A stretch of 64,000 nucleotides of DNA from Hyaloraphidium curvatum SAG 235-1. Lineage: Eukaryota > Fungi > Monoblepharomycota. The notes below the pieces were generated by a model that worked only from the letters and a program-made list of their open reading frames with translations, made no database searches and was not told where the DNA came from. A program made the position numbers and the translations under genes. Within the stretch, counting starts at the first letter, position 1; each line of letters starts with the position of its first letter. Shown here piece after piece: positions 19,801 through 32,403 of this stretch. The stretch covers positions 620,001 through 684,000 of the forward strand of contig JAIVFI010000013.1 of NCBI GenBank assembly GCA_025558095.1. The letters are read 5' to 3'.

Positions 19801-21291
19801 ATGACCGGAGAGGGGCCGCGGCGGTCGGCGCGTCTGCAGCAGCGCGCTGTTGACGCGTCGGCGACAGCGGAGCCTACCGAAGCCGAGGTCGAGGAGGCCC
19901 GGAAGCTTCTCGGCGCTTTCGCCGCCGGCGAGGACGCCCGGACGGCCGAAAGGAGACGGACGCAGACCCCGGGCTTTGTTCCCTACTGGGGACGCTTCCT
20001 CTCGGTCTTCGGCCGACACGACCACCCGCTCGTGGCCGCCGCCCGCGCCGGCTACGCGCGGAAGGCCCTCGCCTTGCTCCGCGCGGGCAGCCCGGTGGAC
20101 GCCTCTGATACCGTCGTCGGGTTCCTCTCCGAGAGCGGGCCGGGGCGGCAGGACAGGCAGTGGCAGCACACCAGCGAGACCGGGCTCGTCGCGGCCTGCA
20201 TGGGCGGCCACGCGGGCGTCGCGAAGGTGCTGCTCGACCATGGTGCGAATCCGTCGTGGAGGACCTTCGTGATCCCGGGCGTGAAGTCCCCGCAATCCCA
20301 ACGAGACGACCAGTGGACCCCCCTGGCGGCGGCACGCGCCTCGGGTTCCGCGGCGTGCGTGGAGCTCGTTGAGGCCGGCCTTTTCCGAAAGAAGCTGGCC
20401 TTCTTCGAGAAGGTGCTCGATTTCCGCCGCAGACTCGCCAAATTCGAGGACGAGGACGAACGGGACGGCGCGTACCATGCCCGCTTCGAGGAGCTCGCGG
20501 ACATGTACCTCCACGGGACCGGAACGGCCAAGTCCACCTCGCTCGCGGCGACGTGGTACATCCGGAGCATCGAGTCCAAAAAGGCGGAGCATTGCTGGGA
20601 CCTCCCTCGGGCTCTCGAACCGCTGCGCCGCCTCGCGGAGGAGGAACTGGAACCCCTTGCCGTGGAGTTCTTTGCCGGCGGCAGGGACCGGCCCTATATC
20701 GAAGCCGTGGAAGCCCACCAGGCGCGCATGCGGACTTTCCACGAGGAAGACCGCCGCCGGAAAGAGGCCGAAGCCGCCAAGCGGGCGGCGTTCGACGCCG
20801 CCTTTGCCGAGATCCGCGAGGCCGAGAAGCAGCGATGCCGCCGCCCCCGCCAGATCACGGGCCGGAACCTGTCCACGGGTTGGTGCACCAACAACCGGTG
20901 CAGCTCCGCGGATTACTGCACGTACGACCACCTCCAATCGGACCTCCCACCCGCGTGCATGCACGGGACGGGGTGCAGGTTCGGCGCGCTATGCGTTTCC
21001 AACCACCTTCCTATGAGGACGGATGCTGCGATGAAGCGCTACCGGGAGACTTTCCTCGTCGCAGAGCGGTGGACTTGGGACGATCCGCTGGATCCGCTGG
21101 TCCTGAAGCTGGAAGAGGAGGAAGAGGACGATGACGATGATCCACGCAGCTCGGAGATCAGACCCATGGCTGAACCCGACGAAATTGATGCTTTCCTCAA
21201 GGGCGTCAAGCCGGAGCAGGCTTTGGATGACGACCGCGGATCCGAATATGCGGACTGCGAGGACGGGCTTTGGTCCGATGCGGAGATGTAG
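19801..21291 (+). CDS. Ankyrin-repeat protein with a Sel1-like repeat, coiled coil and two CCCH-type zinc fingers (496 aa)
   Basis: TGLVAACMGGHAGVAKVLLDHGANP and TPLAAARASGSAACVEL ankyrins; LADMYLHGTGTAKS...AATWY Sel1-like; CTNNRCSSADYCTYDH and CMHGTGCRFGALCVSNH. Confidence 0.75.
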   Translation: MTGEGPRRSARLQQRAVDASATAEPTEAEVEEARKLLGAFAAGEDARTAERRRTQTPGFVPYWGRFLSVFGRHDHPLVAAARAGYARKALALLRAGSPVDASDTVVGFLSESGPGRQDRQWQHTSETGLVAACMGGHAGVAKVLLDHGANPSWRTFVIPGVKSPQSQRDDQWTPLAAARASGSAACVELVEAGLFRKKLAFFEKVLDFRRRLAKFEDEDERDGAYHARFEELADMYLHGTGTAKSTSLAATWYIRSIESKKAEHCWDLPRALEPLRRLAEEELEPLAVEFFAGGRDRPYIEAVEAHQARMRTFHEEDRRRKEAEAAKRAAFDAAFAEIREAEKQRCRRPRQITGRNLSTGWCTNNRCSSADYCTYDHLQSDLPPACMHGTGCRFGALCVSNHLPMRTDAAMKRYRETFLVAERWTWDDPLDPLVLKLEEEEEDDDDDPRSSEIRPMAEPDEIDAFLKGVKPEQALDDDRGSEYADCEDGLWSDAEM

Positions 21292-21432
21292 TCCCATCAC
21301 GAGAATGGCAGCTTTCCAGCGACACAATACATCGCTCCTGAGATGAAGGCTGCCTGCGGAAATGCCGGTCAACAGGGGTCCCTCGTCGCCGTGTCGGATG
21401 CGGCACGCTGTGCTGGCCCAACCAACTCCGCC

Positions 21433-24400
21433 ATGCCCTCCAACCCGTTCCTGGACCCGTTTGCCGACCCGCACGCGGCGAATGCAAACGGCTCGGTTCC
21501 GTCTCCCGGTGCCGGGGAGCAGGCGCGGCCGTCGGGGGGCCGCCCGCCCGCGGTGGGCCCGAAGCCTCCGGACGAGCTGGCCGCGGCGCTGGCGCGGAGG
21601 CTGCGCGTGACGGAGGGCGCGCTGCCGGCCGTGTCGGAGACGCCGCCGGTGCTGCCGCCGCCGGTGCCCGCGAGGCCGTCGCAGAAGAGGGCCGCCTCGA
21701 ACCCGTTCGCGGACGACGCGGCGAAAGGAGCCGCGCCCACTCGGCCCACGGACACGAACGGAATCGGGGCAGCTAAATTGCTCTGGGATGCTAAAGACCG
21801 AAACACCGTGGAGCCGGGCGCAGAGGCCCGGAATGCGCGGGAGCGGGCAGAGGCACCCCCGCCAATGGAGAGGCCCGCCTTGCCTGAGCGGCCGGCGCTG
21901 CCACCCCGGCCGACGAGCCGAACCGTGTCGGTTTCTTCGACGCCACCGACTCCTACATCTTCAACTGGCGCGAGGGCGCCCTCGAATCCGTTCCTGGCGG
22001 CCACCATGCCGACAAGGACCGACACCAGGACACCCCCGGAACCCAGAACCTCGCCGTCCCGTGCCCTTTCGCGGCCGCCGTCAACAGTTGCCTCCACCCC
22101 TCCCACTTCCCGCCCCCATTCGGTCGCCGGTCCTCCCGCCGCGCCGAGTGCGGTCAATCGCCGCCCCCCGTTCCTGGGCAACGAGCTTACTTACAAGGGC
22201 ACCCGCGCCGCTCTGTGCTCGGGCGATTTGGTCGTCACCGTGGGCCAGGACAGGGTGCGGCTGTGGGGCTTCCCTGACTACAACCAGTTCGCGGTCCAGA
22301 GGGGGCAGCCTTTGGATTTCGGAGGCAAGGAGCTCAAGGGCCCAACTGCGGTGCGTTGCGCCTTTTGCTCATATTCATTCGATCCACTGATGCCTTCCCA
22401 CTTCGCCAGATGTCATTTGTTCCGCCCCCGATATCCTCCGCGGGCGCCTACGGCCACCACCTCTGGGTCGGCACCGCCTCCGGCGACGTCCTGCACGTCG
22501 ACTGCGCCTCAGCCTCCGTCGTCGACCGCCGCGAACCCACCTCCCGCGGCGCCGGCGCCGTCACCCATCTCGGCCACCTCGGCGGCGGCCTCGTTTCCGC
22601 GCAGGGCACGGGCGGCATGTACTGCGCGCACGAGAACGGCGCGCTCACCCTCTGGGGCACGATCGGCGTGCAGCCCCCCCGCGGGGGCGAGGGCTTCTCC
22701 CTCCGCGGCGGCCCGGTCCGCGCGCGCCGGATGAACGGCAAGCGCTCGCACGTGCTCCCCCTGGGCTCGGACCTGTGGACCAGCGGGGCGGACGGCCGCC
22801 CCGTGTTGGAGGTGTACGGGTGCGCCGAGGGCGATGCGTTCGGCCCACGCAGGGCGGATCCCGGTTCCGGTGCCGGGGCGGTGTGCTGCCTTGTGGGCAG
22901 CGCGGGGATGGGGATCGCTGGGAGCGTGCACGAGGACGGGAGGGTGGCGTGGTTCGATTCCCGGACTTTGCAGCTCCTGGGCACCGGCAAGCTGGAGACG
23001 AGCGCCAGGGCTGCGTGCGGGGTGCTGGTGGAGGAGGATCCCGACGCCGGAGGAGCGCAGCTGTGGGTCGGGCTGGGAAGCGGGCGGATATGCGTGTACG
23101 ACGTGCGGCGCGCGGCGGGGGGTGGGATGGAGATGGCGCTGGCCAAGGAGTTCGAGGCGTCGGAGAAGCCAGCGGCTGTGCTGTCGCTCATGGACGACCG
23201 GGCGGTGCTCCCCTCGGGCGCGCCGAGGCGCAAGACGCTGCAGGTGACCTCGCTCAACGCGGACGGCCAAGTGCGGCTATGGGACGGGTTCCTGGTGCGG
23301 GATCGGCTGGACGCCGAGCTCATCAGGCGGGCGCCCAGGTTTTCGGTCGAGAGGGAGCTCACCGCCCTCGTGGCCACATGGAACGTCGGGGCCGCCAAAC
23401 CCCCCGAGGCGGGCGGGCTGGGCGCCGCGAGCCTCGCGGACGTGCAGGCTTTCCGCAGGCTGCTGGTGGACGGCTGCCCCGAACCCTGGCTCTCGCGGGA
23501 CCCGCAAGGGCCGGACCTCATCGTCGTGGGCTTGCAGGAGATCGTGGACCTGGACAAGACCACAACGCAGGCAAAGAGCTTCATCAAGGGCACCCAGAGG
23601 GGGATACATTCGGCGCCCGTGAACGAGCCGTCGCGGTACACGGCGTGGCAGGACGCGCTGACCCGGCTGGTCCGGGAATCGTTCCCGCGCGCGGGATACG
23701 AGCTCGTGGACACGACGGGCCTCGTCGGGCTCCTCCTGTGCACTTTTGTGCGGGAGTCCTCCCAGCGCGGCTTCCGCATCTCGGGCCTTCAGGCCGAGAG
23801 CGTCAAGACCGGGGTCAAAGGCCTGCACGGGAACAAGGGCGCGCTCATGATTCGGTTCTGCGCCGACGACAGCTCGCTGGCATTTGTCAACTGCCACCTG
23901 CCCGCGCACCAGGAAAAGGTGTGGGAGCGCAACCTGGACTTTGCGGCCATCGCCACGGCGTCGAAGCTGCCCCCGCTGGACCCTTGGACGGGGCCGGGCG
24001 GCAGGTGGGATACCGAGGCGCCTGCGGCGGGCAGGACGGTCGGAGGCGGCGACGGCGGGATGCTCCTGGACCACGAGACCATCTTTTGGTTCGGCGACCT
24101 CAACTACCGGATCGATATGGCGCGCCCCGCGGTGCTCGAAGCCATCGCCCGCGGCGAATGGGAGCGGCTGCTGGAAAAGGACCAGCTGTCGCAGCAGCTC
24201 TCCCTTCCCGGCAGCTCCCTCCTGCGCACGTTTTCCGAGACCCCGCCCGGCTTCGCCCCGACCTTCAAGTTCGACGTCGGCACCGACAACTACGACACCT
24301 CGGACAAGCAGCGCATCCCTGCGTGGTGCGACCGAGTGCTCCACCGCGGCCCCGCGGTGCGGCAGCTCGCGTACCGCTCCCACCCCGTGCGGTGCAGCGA

Positions 24401-24578
24401 CCACCGTCCCGTCACGGCGGCGTTCGGGTTCGCTGTGAGGTCGGCCAACCCGGCGATGAGGCAGAAAGAGGCCGAGGCGGCGACCGAGGCTGCGAGGGCG
24501 GGCGCAGCGAGGCGGGCGAGGGCGGTGGCGGCGGGGGTCGAGGCCGAAGTGGCTCTGTGCGGGCCCAGGCGCGGCTAG
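21433..24578 (+). CDS. Inositol polyphosphate 5-phosphatase with Pro-rich N-terminus and WD40-like region (intron ~22352-22409)
   Basis: TWNVGA, IVVGLQEIV, GNKGA, FVNCHLPA, WFGDLNYRI, PTFKFD, PAWCDRVL, SDHRPV motifs; NPF motifs in the N-terminus. Confidence 0.92.
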
Positions 24579-24607
24579 GCACGCCAAGGGTGCACTAGGA
24601 CGAGCAC

Positions 24608-25087
24608 TCAGCCCGTCAGCGAGGCCAGGAGCCGGGCGTTGTAGTCGCCGAAGCAACCAGCGAGCAGCGCGTCCCAGGTGACGAACGCCACGCGGCCCGA
24701 CTCCTCCGTGTCGAACTTTGCATCCAGAGGATTCGCATTCCTGCGGTAAAAGTCCGACTTCTCCTTGACTCTGAAGGTGTGGGTCACGAACGCGTCCGGC
24801 TCGCCCGCCCGCTCCTCGGCCGCGAAGCACAGCTCGACGTCGCCGCGGTCCAATGAAATTCCGGTCTCCTCCTTTAATTCCCTCAGCGCCGCGCCGGTAA
24901 AGTCCAATTCGTCGGCCTCGCGCGGCTCCAGCTTGCCACCGGGCAGGCCGAAGTCGGTGTGGTCCGAGCGACGCGACACGGCCAGCACGAGCGATTCCCG
25001 CGGCTCCGACGGGCGCGAGAGGAGCAGGATCACGGCCGCGAGGCGTCGGCCTTGGAGCCTGGACGGATTCGTCCAGTCCTCGGCCAT
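24608..25087 (-). CDS. NUDIX hydrolase (159 aa)
   Basis: LPGGKLE...AALRELKEETGI Nudix box. Confidence 0.88.
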   Translation of the reverse strand: MAEDWTNPSRLQGRRLAAVILLLSRPSEPRESLVLAVSRRSDHTDFGLPGGKLEPREADELDFTGAALRELKEETGISLDRGDVELCFAAEERAGEPDAFVTHTFRVKEKSDFYRRNANPLDAKFDTEESGRVAFVTWDALLAGCFGDYNARLLASLTG

Positions 25088-25273
25088 GGTGTCTGTTTGA
25101 GAATGAAGGGGATCCGCGTCCCCTGGTCCTGGACTGCGATCGGACAGGCAAGCCGTCGCGCGAGATCATTACATTCGCTGGTTGTGAGAGAGCCATGGCA
25201 TCCTATCTACACGGCCCCCGCGGGCCCCGGAACCCCCCCCGCACCCCCCAAGGCCGGCCCCAATTAGTCAGCC

Positions 25274-27219
25274 TCACAGCGGGATCGCGAACCACCGGTG
25301 CCTCAGCACCTCCTCGATCGTCGCCCTCCGCGCCGGGTCCTTCTCCAGCAGCCGGTCCATGAGGTCGATGCACTCGGGAGAGCGCGAGTACCGCGGCGTG
25401 GCGTACCGGAGGTGGATGGCCTGCTGCGCATCGGCAAAGGGGAGCTCGCCGCAGCAGATGGTGTAGAGGAGGATGCCGAGGGACCACATCTCGGCTTCGG
25501 GGCCGCGGTAGCGGGCGCCGAGGAGGATTTCGGGCTGGACGAACCACCAGAATGGTTAGCCTCGAAAACAAGCGCCAGACGCCAAGAAGGACACCCACGG
25601 GACAGTACTGAAGCGTGCCATAATACCGGTCAAAATAGCCCTCAGGGGAAGTGGGGATGAAGGAAGCGTTGCCGAGGTCGATCAGCTTGACCGTGAGGTT
25701 CGAGTCAATGACGACCTGAAACACCAGGCGGCGCCGATAAGCACGCAGACAACCCCCCAAACCAACAAATTCGACCCACGTTCTCGTCCTTGATGTCCCT
25801 GTGCACGATCCCGCACCGCACCTGCAGGTAAAAGACCGCCTCGGCGATCTGCCGGAAGATGTGCCGCGCCTGCGGCTCGGTAAAGTACTGCAGCTTCTCG
25901 ATGGCCTCGAACAGATCGCACGACGCGCGCTTGCGCACGCCCGTGACCGGCGCGGGCGGGAGGGAGGACGGCGAGGGGCGGGGAGGGGGAGGCGGCGGGA
26001 CCGGCGGGCGGGTCTCCTGCACCGCCTGCGCCGCGGCCTGCGCCTGCGCCGAATGCGGCGCGTGCCCGTGACCCTGCGCGTGGGGATGCGGCGCGTGCGA
26101 GTGCGAGGCGCCGCCGGGCACAGGCGCCTTCGAGGAGGACGAGGAGGGGGCCGGGCCGCCGTTGGGCCCGTGCGCGTTCAGGTTGGGGAAGAAGCGGCCC
26201 GGCCCGGGCGGCCGGCCGGGCGCGGTGCCACCGACGCCGCCGGGTATCATGCCCGGCTCCCCGCCGGCCTCCAAGGTGTTCACCGGCGGGGTCGGCGGCG
26301 GCGTGAGAGGCGTGGCCTTCTTGCCCGCCTGCCCCGGCTGCGCCCCGCCGGCAGACGGCCCAGCATTGTTCGCCGGCCCGAAATCAGACGACGCCCCCGA
26401 GCCGCCCGAGCCCGAACGCGCGCTCTGAGCGTCCCCGGCGGGCTCGGCGGGGCCCTTGCCGCGGGCCGCGGCGGACTGCCCAGGGCCAGGCAGGCCGAGG
26501 TTGCCCGCGACCGAGATCTCCATGCGATCGATGCGCTCGTCGTCGTCCTCCTCCGAGTCCTCGTCCGCCGAGCCGCTCTCGACGTCCTCCGAGTCCGAGT
26601 CGGCGTCGCCGTCGTCCTCGTCGCTCTCCTCGTCGACGAAGATGTGGGCATCGCGGCTCTTGACCGACGTCACCAGGGAGTCCGTGAGCACCGAGCACGA
26701 CGGCAGGTCGACCTTGCGCTCCCACGACGTGCCGTGCAGCTCCATGACCAGGATGAAGAAGCGCACGTCCTCGAAGCAGTCGAAATAGGTGACGATGCCC
26801 GGGTGCCGGATGCGCCGCAGCAGGTACACCTCCAGCGGCACGACCGCCGACGTGTGCGGTTGGCCCATGTAGCGGCCGCCGTCCGAGCCGGGGTTGACGC
26901 CGGGGCCGCCGGCAAAGTACGTCTCGTCCTTGACCCACGACTGCGAGGACACTCTCGACTTTAAGATGAACTTGGCGCACACCTCGCGGCCGTCGGCGTG
27001 GCGCACGGCCGACATGCAGAAGCCGCAGCCGCCGGCGCCGAGCTCGTCCTCGATGGCGTACAGCGCCTTGAACGCCGGCGGCAGCGGGTGCTTGCGCAGG
27101 TACCGCAGCGCGATGCTCTGCGTCGCCGGCGCCTGCGGCACGCTCTGGATGGCCACGCCGGGCCCGCCAGAGCCGCCCGCGCCCCCGCCGCCGGGCACGG
27201 GCCCGCCGGCCGCCGACAT
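25274..27219 (-). CDS. PASK/PIM-like Ser/Thr protein kinase with long low-complexity insert (3 exons)
   Basis: LGAGGCG, VCAKFI, VPLEVYLL, CDLFEAIE, HRDIKDEN|V, LIDLG, GTLQYCP|PEIL, EMWSLG. Confidence 0.92.
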
Positions 27220-27473
27220 GGGCGTGCCTGAACCGGTTTGGTGTTGCGAGAGGGCTTAGGGAACCGCCCGCCTAGAGCTTCTATCGGCTGTCCCTTGCCA
27301 CAGGACTGCACCGATCTGGGCCTCTCACGCTAACGGAAAGTACTATGAAACAGCAGACACAGGCTGGGCAGCTTCCCAGGAACTTCCCCGTGCAGACACA
27401 GCCGCGATGCGCTCCGATCCCCGCCGCGGCGCGCACGCCCCACACATTCACGTGCTCGACCAACCCGATCTAT

Positions 27474-30400
27474 CTACACGGGCCCGACCTCCGACAGCCC
27501 GCAGTCCTGCAGCAGCACCGTGCTGAAATGGTTCTGCGGCCCCGGCCGGTCGTGCTCCTCCAGCAGCCCGATCAGCACCCGCTTGCTCCGCAGCGCGAGG
27601 GGCTTCACCCGTGCCCGCGTGCCGAGCACACTCAGCGTCTGCAGGTGGAACTGCAGGCTCTTGATGATCCGGAAGAAGTCGCTCCAGGTCATGCGCTGCA
27701 CCTCGGAGTGGGTCAACGGGCGGGCCGGGTCGCCGCGCGAATGCAGGTGGTGCTGCACGGTCGCGGCCAGGAAGGTCGCGCCCGGCGTGGCCGGCCGTTC
27801 GAAGAGGCCGTCTGCTGCGGGCGTCGGTGCAGCATCGGGCATCGGCAAGGGACGCGCCTTGGGCGGAGACCGCATGAAGCTGGGCGGCATGGGCGACGGC
27901 GCGTGCAGCCCGTCCAGGCTGGCGGCGCGGTCCTCCAGCTCCTGGTGGTGGTCCCCGGCCGACGTGAAACCCAGCAGATCCTCCAAATCCCGGGTGTTGC
28001 CGGCCAGAAGGCCCGTCAGCATAGGCGAAAACGGCCGCTCGGGCCCGTTCGTATCGCTCCGCGCTAGGACATTGGCAGGCTCGCCAAACAGGATGTGGCT
28101 CGGGTCGTCGTCGTCGTCCGCGCCCAAAAAGGCGCTGGACATGGCCGGATCGACGCCCTTTATCAGCGGGTTCGCGAGCCCGTTGCCGTCCTCGGTGACC
28201 ATCAGCTGCGGCGTCGGCAGCCGCTCGGGTCCGTCGACGGGCTCCTCCTTAGGCACCACGATCGTCGGCAGGGGCGCGGGCTGCACCGCAACCGGCATGC
28301 CGGACGGCGCAGGCCCCACCTGGAGGGACGCCTGCAGGCCTGCTCCAAGCGTTGGCTGGACTGATCCTTGCAGCGCCGCCGGCGGCAGCGGCGGCGGCAC
28401 CAGCTGTTCCTGCTCGACGGGCGCCGGCGATCCCTCGCCCTCGTGCCCGTCCCCGTCGGGCATCACCGTCACGACGTTGCCCACGACGGCCAGCTTCCAC
28501 CGCCCGCTGAGCCGCTTCTTGAGCGCCAGCAGCCAGATGACGTGCATCAGCGCCGTCATGTGCACGGCAAAGATGTGGAACGGCGTCGTGAGCTTGCTCT
28601 CCTCCCCGGCGACGAGCATCATCCTCAGCACGCGGCCGGAGCGGATCGCCGATTCCATGCAGAGGTGGAAGCTCGGGCTCTTTTCCCACCCGGGCGTGAC
28701 CAGGTTGCCGGTCGGGGAGTGGAGCAGGCACCCTGCAGCGTGGAAGACGAGCAGCGTGTGCAAGAGGACGACGACGGAGCGCGGGCCGTCCGTGTGGGAG
28801 CGGTCGAAGGCGGCGGCCGTGGGGCCGAGGATGACGCCTTCCTTGTCCATGAGCCGGACCGAGGGGTCCAGGCCGTCGTACCACGTCTGCAGGCGCTTCT
28901 GGAGCTGCTCCAGCACGGGGTTGGGGAGGTACGGCTCGGTGCGGGAGGCGACGCACTCGTGGCGCTGTGGAAACGTCGAACGAGTGAGGAAGTTCGGATG
29001 GGGAAACTTGGAGCGAAGGCGACTCACGTAGACGGTAATGCTCCCGATGATGCCCTGGAGACCGATCAGCGAAAACCACGCGCTCCGCGGTGCTGTCCTC
29101 TGGAACTTGACGTCCAGGTTTGCCATGGCATCGGCGAGGTAGTGTGCCTTTTGCGTCGTCGGCGACGGATCCTCGTCGTCGTGCAGGAAGCCCTCGCCGA
29201 TGGGGAGCCGCAGGCGGCATTCGGCGTCCGAGATGAGCGGCAGGTGCTCCCAGATGGCCGCGATTTGCCTGCAAATGAATGATTAGACGATGGGGAACCC
29301 AACAGCGGCGCCGAACCCACTTGTCTACGATGTAGAGCGACCACCAGATCCTCCTGCTCGTCTCCTTCTCCCCGTTCGTCCACGGGCACTCGACGCCCCT
29401 CTCGCTCTCCACGCCCCACCCGCTCTCGGGCTCCTCGTTCATGCCCAGCGCCCGGGCCATGTTGAGCGTGAGCATGAAGAGCGAGTATGTCACGGGCGAC
29501 TCAAGCGTCATTGAGAGGCTGGGCATGATGCAGAGCAGGACGAGCAGCAGGTCCCGGAGCGCCGGCACCGGCAGACGGGAAGGAGGAACGCCCAGCTGGT
29601 TGAGGACGGTGTAGAGCACATTCTTGGCGTGCAGGTGGAAGTTCTGGACCGTCGTCTTGTCGGCCCCCTGCAGGTCCGCCGAGACCGGGACCATCTCCGT
29701 CTGCTGCACGAAGTTGGTCCAGGTGGCATCGTCCGAAAGCATGTCAGTGTAGTAGTAGCGGTGCAGGAGCGGCACGAAGGGGAGGATGTTGCGGAAGTAG
29801 GTCCTCACGACCTCGGCAAACTCGTCCATCCGCCGGAAGGCCTCGAAGGTGATGAAATCCAGGAAGCGCTCTTCGCTGCGCCGGCGTCGGTGCTGCGTGG
29901 AGGCGGACATGGGGAACGGCATCGTGGGATCGTCGAAACCCTGAGTGGTGGGTGCCCTCGGCGGCGGCCGGCCGACGGCGTAGCCCATGTCCATGGGAGG
30001 CCGGGGCCCACCGTACGGCACTTGCTCACCGTACGGCACTTGGTCGGGGATCGGCCGCGAAGCAAAAGGAAGCTCCGTTCCGGAGCCTCCGGCGGGGCTG
30101 CCAAAGAGGGATCCGGATCGGGGGTGCTCGGGTCGCTCCTGCCAGGAAGGCTGGCCACCATAGTCCATCATGCCGTTCCGCGGCGACTCGTCAGGAAAGA
30201 AAGGAAGTTGCGCCTGCGGCGGTGGAGCGTGACGGAGGGAGCCGCTGTGCCCGCCGTTGAGGAAGCCGTTCGGACCATGTTGAACGGGGGGGAAGGCGCC
30301 CGCACTCCTCAGGTCCGGAGAGTAGTAGTTGTTGGGTCCCACAGGTGCGGCCTGGAGCACTGCCGGCGGAACGTTGGGCACGCCATAAGGGCGCTCGACC

Positions 30401-31115
30401 TCGCCCCACGACTGAGGGCCCCGCGAGCCAGAAGGCTCGCGCGACCTCTTCGCCGGCCTCACGACCGGCTCGTGCCCGCCGCCCAGCACGAAATCGTCCT
30501 CGCTCGGCTCCGCGTGCGCGCTGCTGCGCTTCAGCTTCGGCGGGTTCCAAGAGTGCGTGGTGGCTTCCGTGTGATTGAAGGGCGCCAAAGGGCCGGGTAC
30601 CGTGACCGTCCTGGGCCCGTGCGGCATGGTCACTGGAGGCGGGGGCACGAGTGGAGGCACGACCGCAGGCACGAAGTTAATGTCCAGCTCCACTCCTGGT
30701 TGCCCCTGCTGCTGCGCCGCGGCAATCTTGTGGACCTTGAGCTGCTTCGACTTGTTGATGGTGTAGTGACACGGTTTGCGGAGCCGCTCGCATCTGGAGC
30801 AGACCGGTTGCTTGCCTGCATGATTGAAAATGAGGAACCGAGGGAGGCAACGGACTTCTGGGGGGCATACCGTCGCATTTGATCTTCTCCTTGGAGCAGA
30901 CTGGGAGGCAGCGGGGGACGGAACGGGCCGACGTGATGGGATCAGAGACCGGGCGCGGCTGCTACCGGCCCGGTGCCAGTACCTTCGCATGTCTTCTTGA
31001 GCGGCACGGGGCTCATCAGCGCGGCCGCCGCGGCCGAGGCCAGGTCGTCGGGCACGGGCTGCCCCCCAAACGCCGGGAACGGCAGGCCCGTCCCGCTGAC
31101 GGACGGCGCAGACAT
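27474..31115 (-). CDS. Zn(II)2Cys6 transcription factor with Fungal_trans domain (multi-exon)
   Basis: Spliced CEVCSKEKIKCDGKQPVCSRCERLRKPC; YFRNILPFVPLLH; ARALGM; ETSRRIWWSLYIVDK. Confidence 0.9.
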
Positions 31116-31463
31116 CGCTGAGCGCGGGCGGCGCCTCCACGCGGGCACTCGACGGCCCGCGGCTGCCTTCCCTCGTGGGTGAAACGCCTGGGCAACTGTC
31201 CGACCGCGGCGGGCCCAGCCCGCGGCCTCTCTGGAAGGGGAAAACTATCAACTTCACCCCCTCGTCTTCGCTAGAAGTCGCAACGGATTCCGCCAAAAGA
31301 ATTCGTCTTTCCCAGCTAACGAGCCTGCTCCGGGCAGGCTGGATTGCATGATGCATTGCAGCTTCCTGTTCAAGCCCGTTCTCTGTAGAGAGCTGCAAGT
31401 CGGAACCGCGTCATCCATTCTACGTGCTGTTTTCACCATTGGCGTCGCATTGCATCCCCAGTA

Positions 31464-32177
31464 TCACTCCGGTACGACGGTCCACGGCTCGCCGGGGTAC
31501 TTTCCCTTCCACCCTTTGCTCCCCCCCTCCAGCACCCACACCTTTACCCCCATGTCGTCCTCCAAAATGCCGTCGCTATCTTCGCCAGAGCTACGGTAAT
31601 GCATGTCGTTCAGGCCGTCAATGAATCGCGTCGCCGACTTTGGTCCCCGGATCAACGACAGGTTGCAGTGGAACACCACATTGCGCGGCAGCGGAATGGG
31701 CCACTTCTCGTCTGCAGGTTTCCCTTCCGCGCCGTCTGTGGCAGCTTCTCCGCTGGCCGCTCCGCGCTGCGAAGCGTTCAGTACGCGGAACGCCTCTAGC
31801 CGGACCAGCTCCACGGCGTCCCTCGCATCCTCCACGTTCAGCAGCACCGTCGACGGCAGGTTGATCGCATGGCGCACATGGTAAGAGCCAAACTGGTCCG
31901 GATCGCGGACATCGATCACGAGGAAGTCCTTGCCCAGGCTTGCGCCCGTCCCGACGCGCTCGAGCCATTCCTCGAGGGCAGAGGGCGAGAGGAACGAAAA
32001 CTGCTTCGGCGGGGAGGGGAGGGAAGAGAATGTCCTCGGAAGCGCGTTAAAGGCAGTCCTGAAAGGCTTCGGCATTGACGGAGTGGCGCCGGAGCAAGCT
32101 CGCGGCGATAGGGAGGGCAGGGAGCGCGTGAAGGCCGCAGACAAGCTCCGAACCCCACGAAACGCTAGAGAAGACAT
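31464..32177 (-). CDS. Cdc25-like rhodanese-fold phosphatase/arsenate reductase (Ych1/Ibp1/Acr2-like)
   Basis: VIDVRD, HVRHAINLPS, FHCNLSLIRGPKSA (HCX5R), VWVLEGG; an alternative upstream ATG lies at 32228. Confidence 0.85.
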   Translation of the reverse strand: MSSLAFRGVRSLSAAFTRSLPSLSPRACSGATPSMPKPFRTAFNALPRTFSSLPSPPKQFSFLSPSALEEWLERVGTGASLGKDFLVIDVRDPDQFGSYHVRHAINLPSTVLLNVEDARDAVELVRLEAFRVLNASQRGAASGEAATDGAEGKPADEKWPIPLPRNVVFHCNLSLIRGPKSATRFIDGLNDMHYRSSGEDSDGILEDDMGVKVWVLEGGSKGWKGKYPGEPWTVVPE

Positions 32178-32320
32178 CCGAATCGCAACTCTGGTGGCCA
32201 GGCGGCATGTAACAGGCCCGTTCGCCATTGCGGCGTGGGTAGAGTGCCCGAGGAGTTTTCTGGTATCGCGGACCTTAGAATGGCGAGCTGTTACCTTTTT
32301 CTATTTTCTACTATAATTTG

Positions 32321-32390
32321 CATATACAAGCAACACAAAATAGCACCGCAGCGCCATATACAAGCAACACAAAATAGCACCGCAGCGCCA
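32321..32390. repeat. Perfect 34-bp tandem duplication
   Basis: catatacaagcaacacaaaatagcaccgcagcgc x2. Confidence 0.95.
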
Positions 32391-32403
32391 TCAGCCGTGC
32401 AGA

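Noticed and set aside
31380-31466. Selenocysteine read-through/SECIS after TGA stops (some early fungi use Sec)
   Set aside because: No TGA aligns with a catalytic Cys position in any gene here, and no convincing SECIS stem was seen
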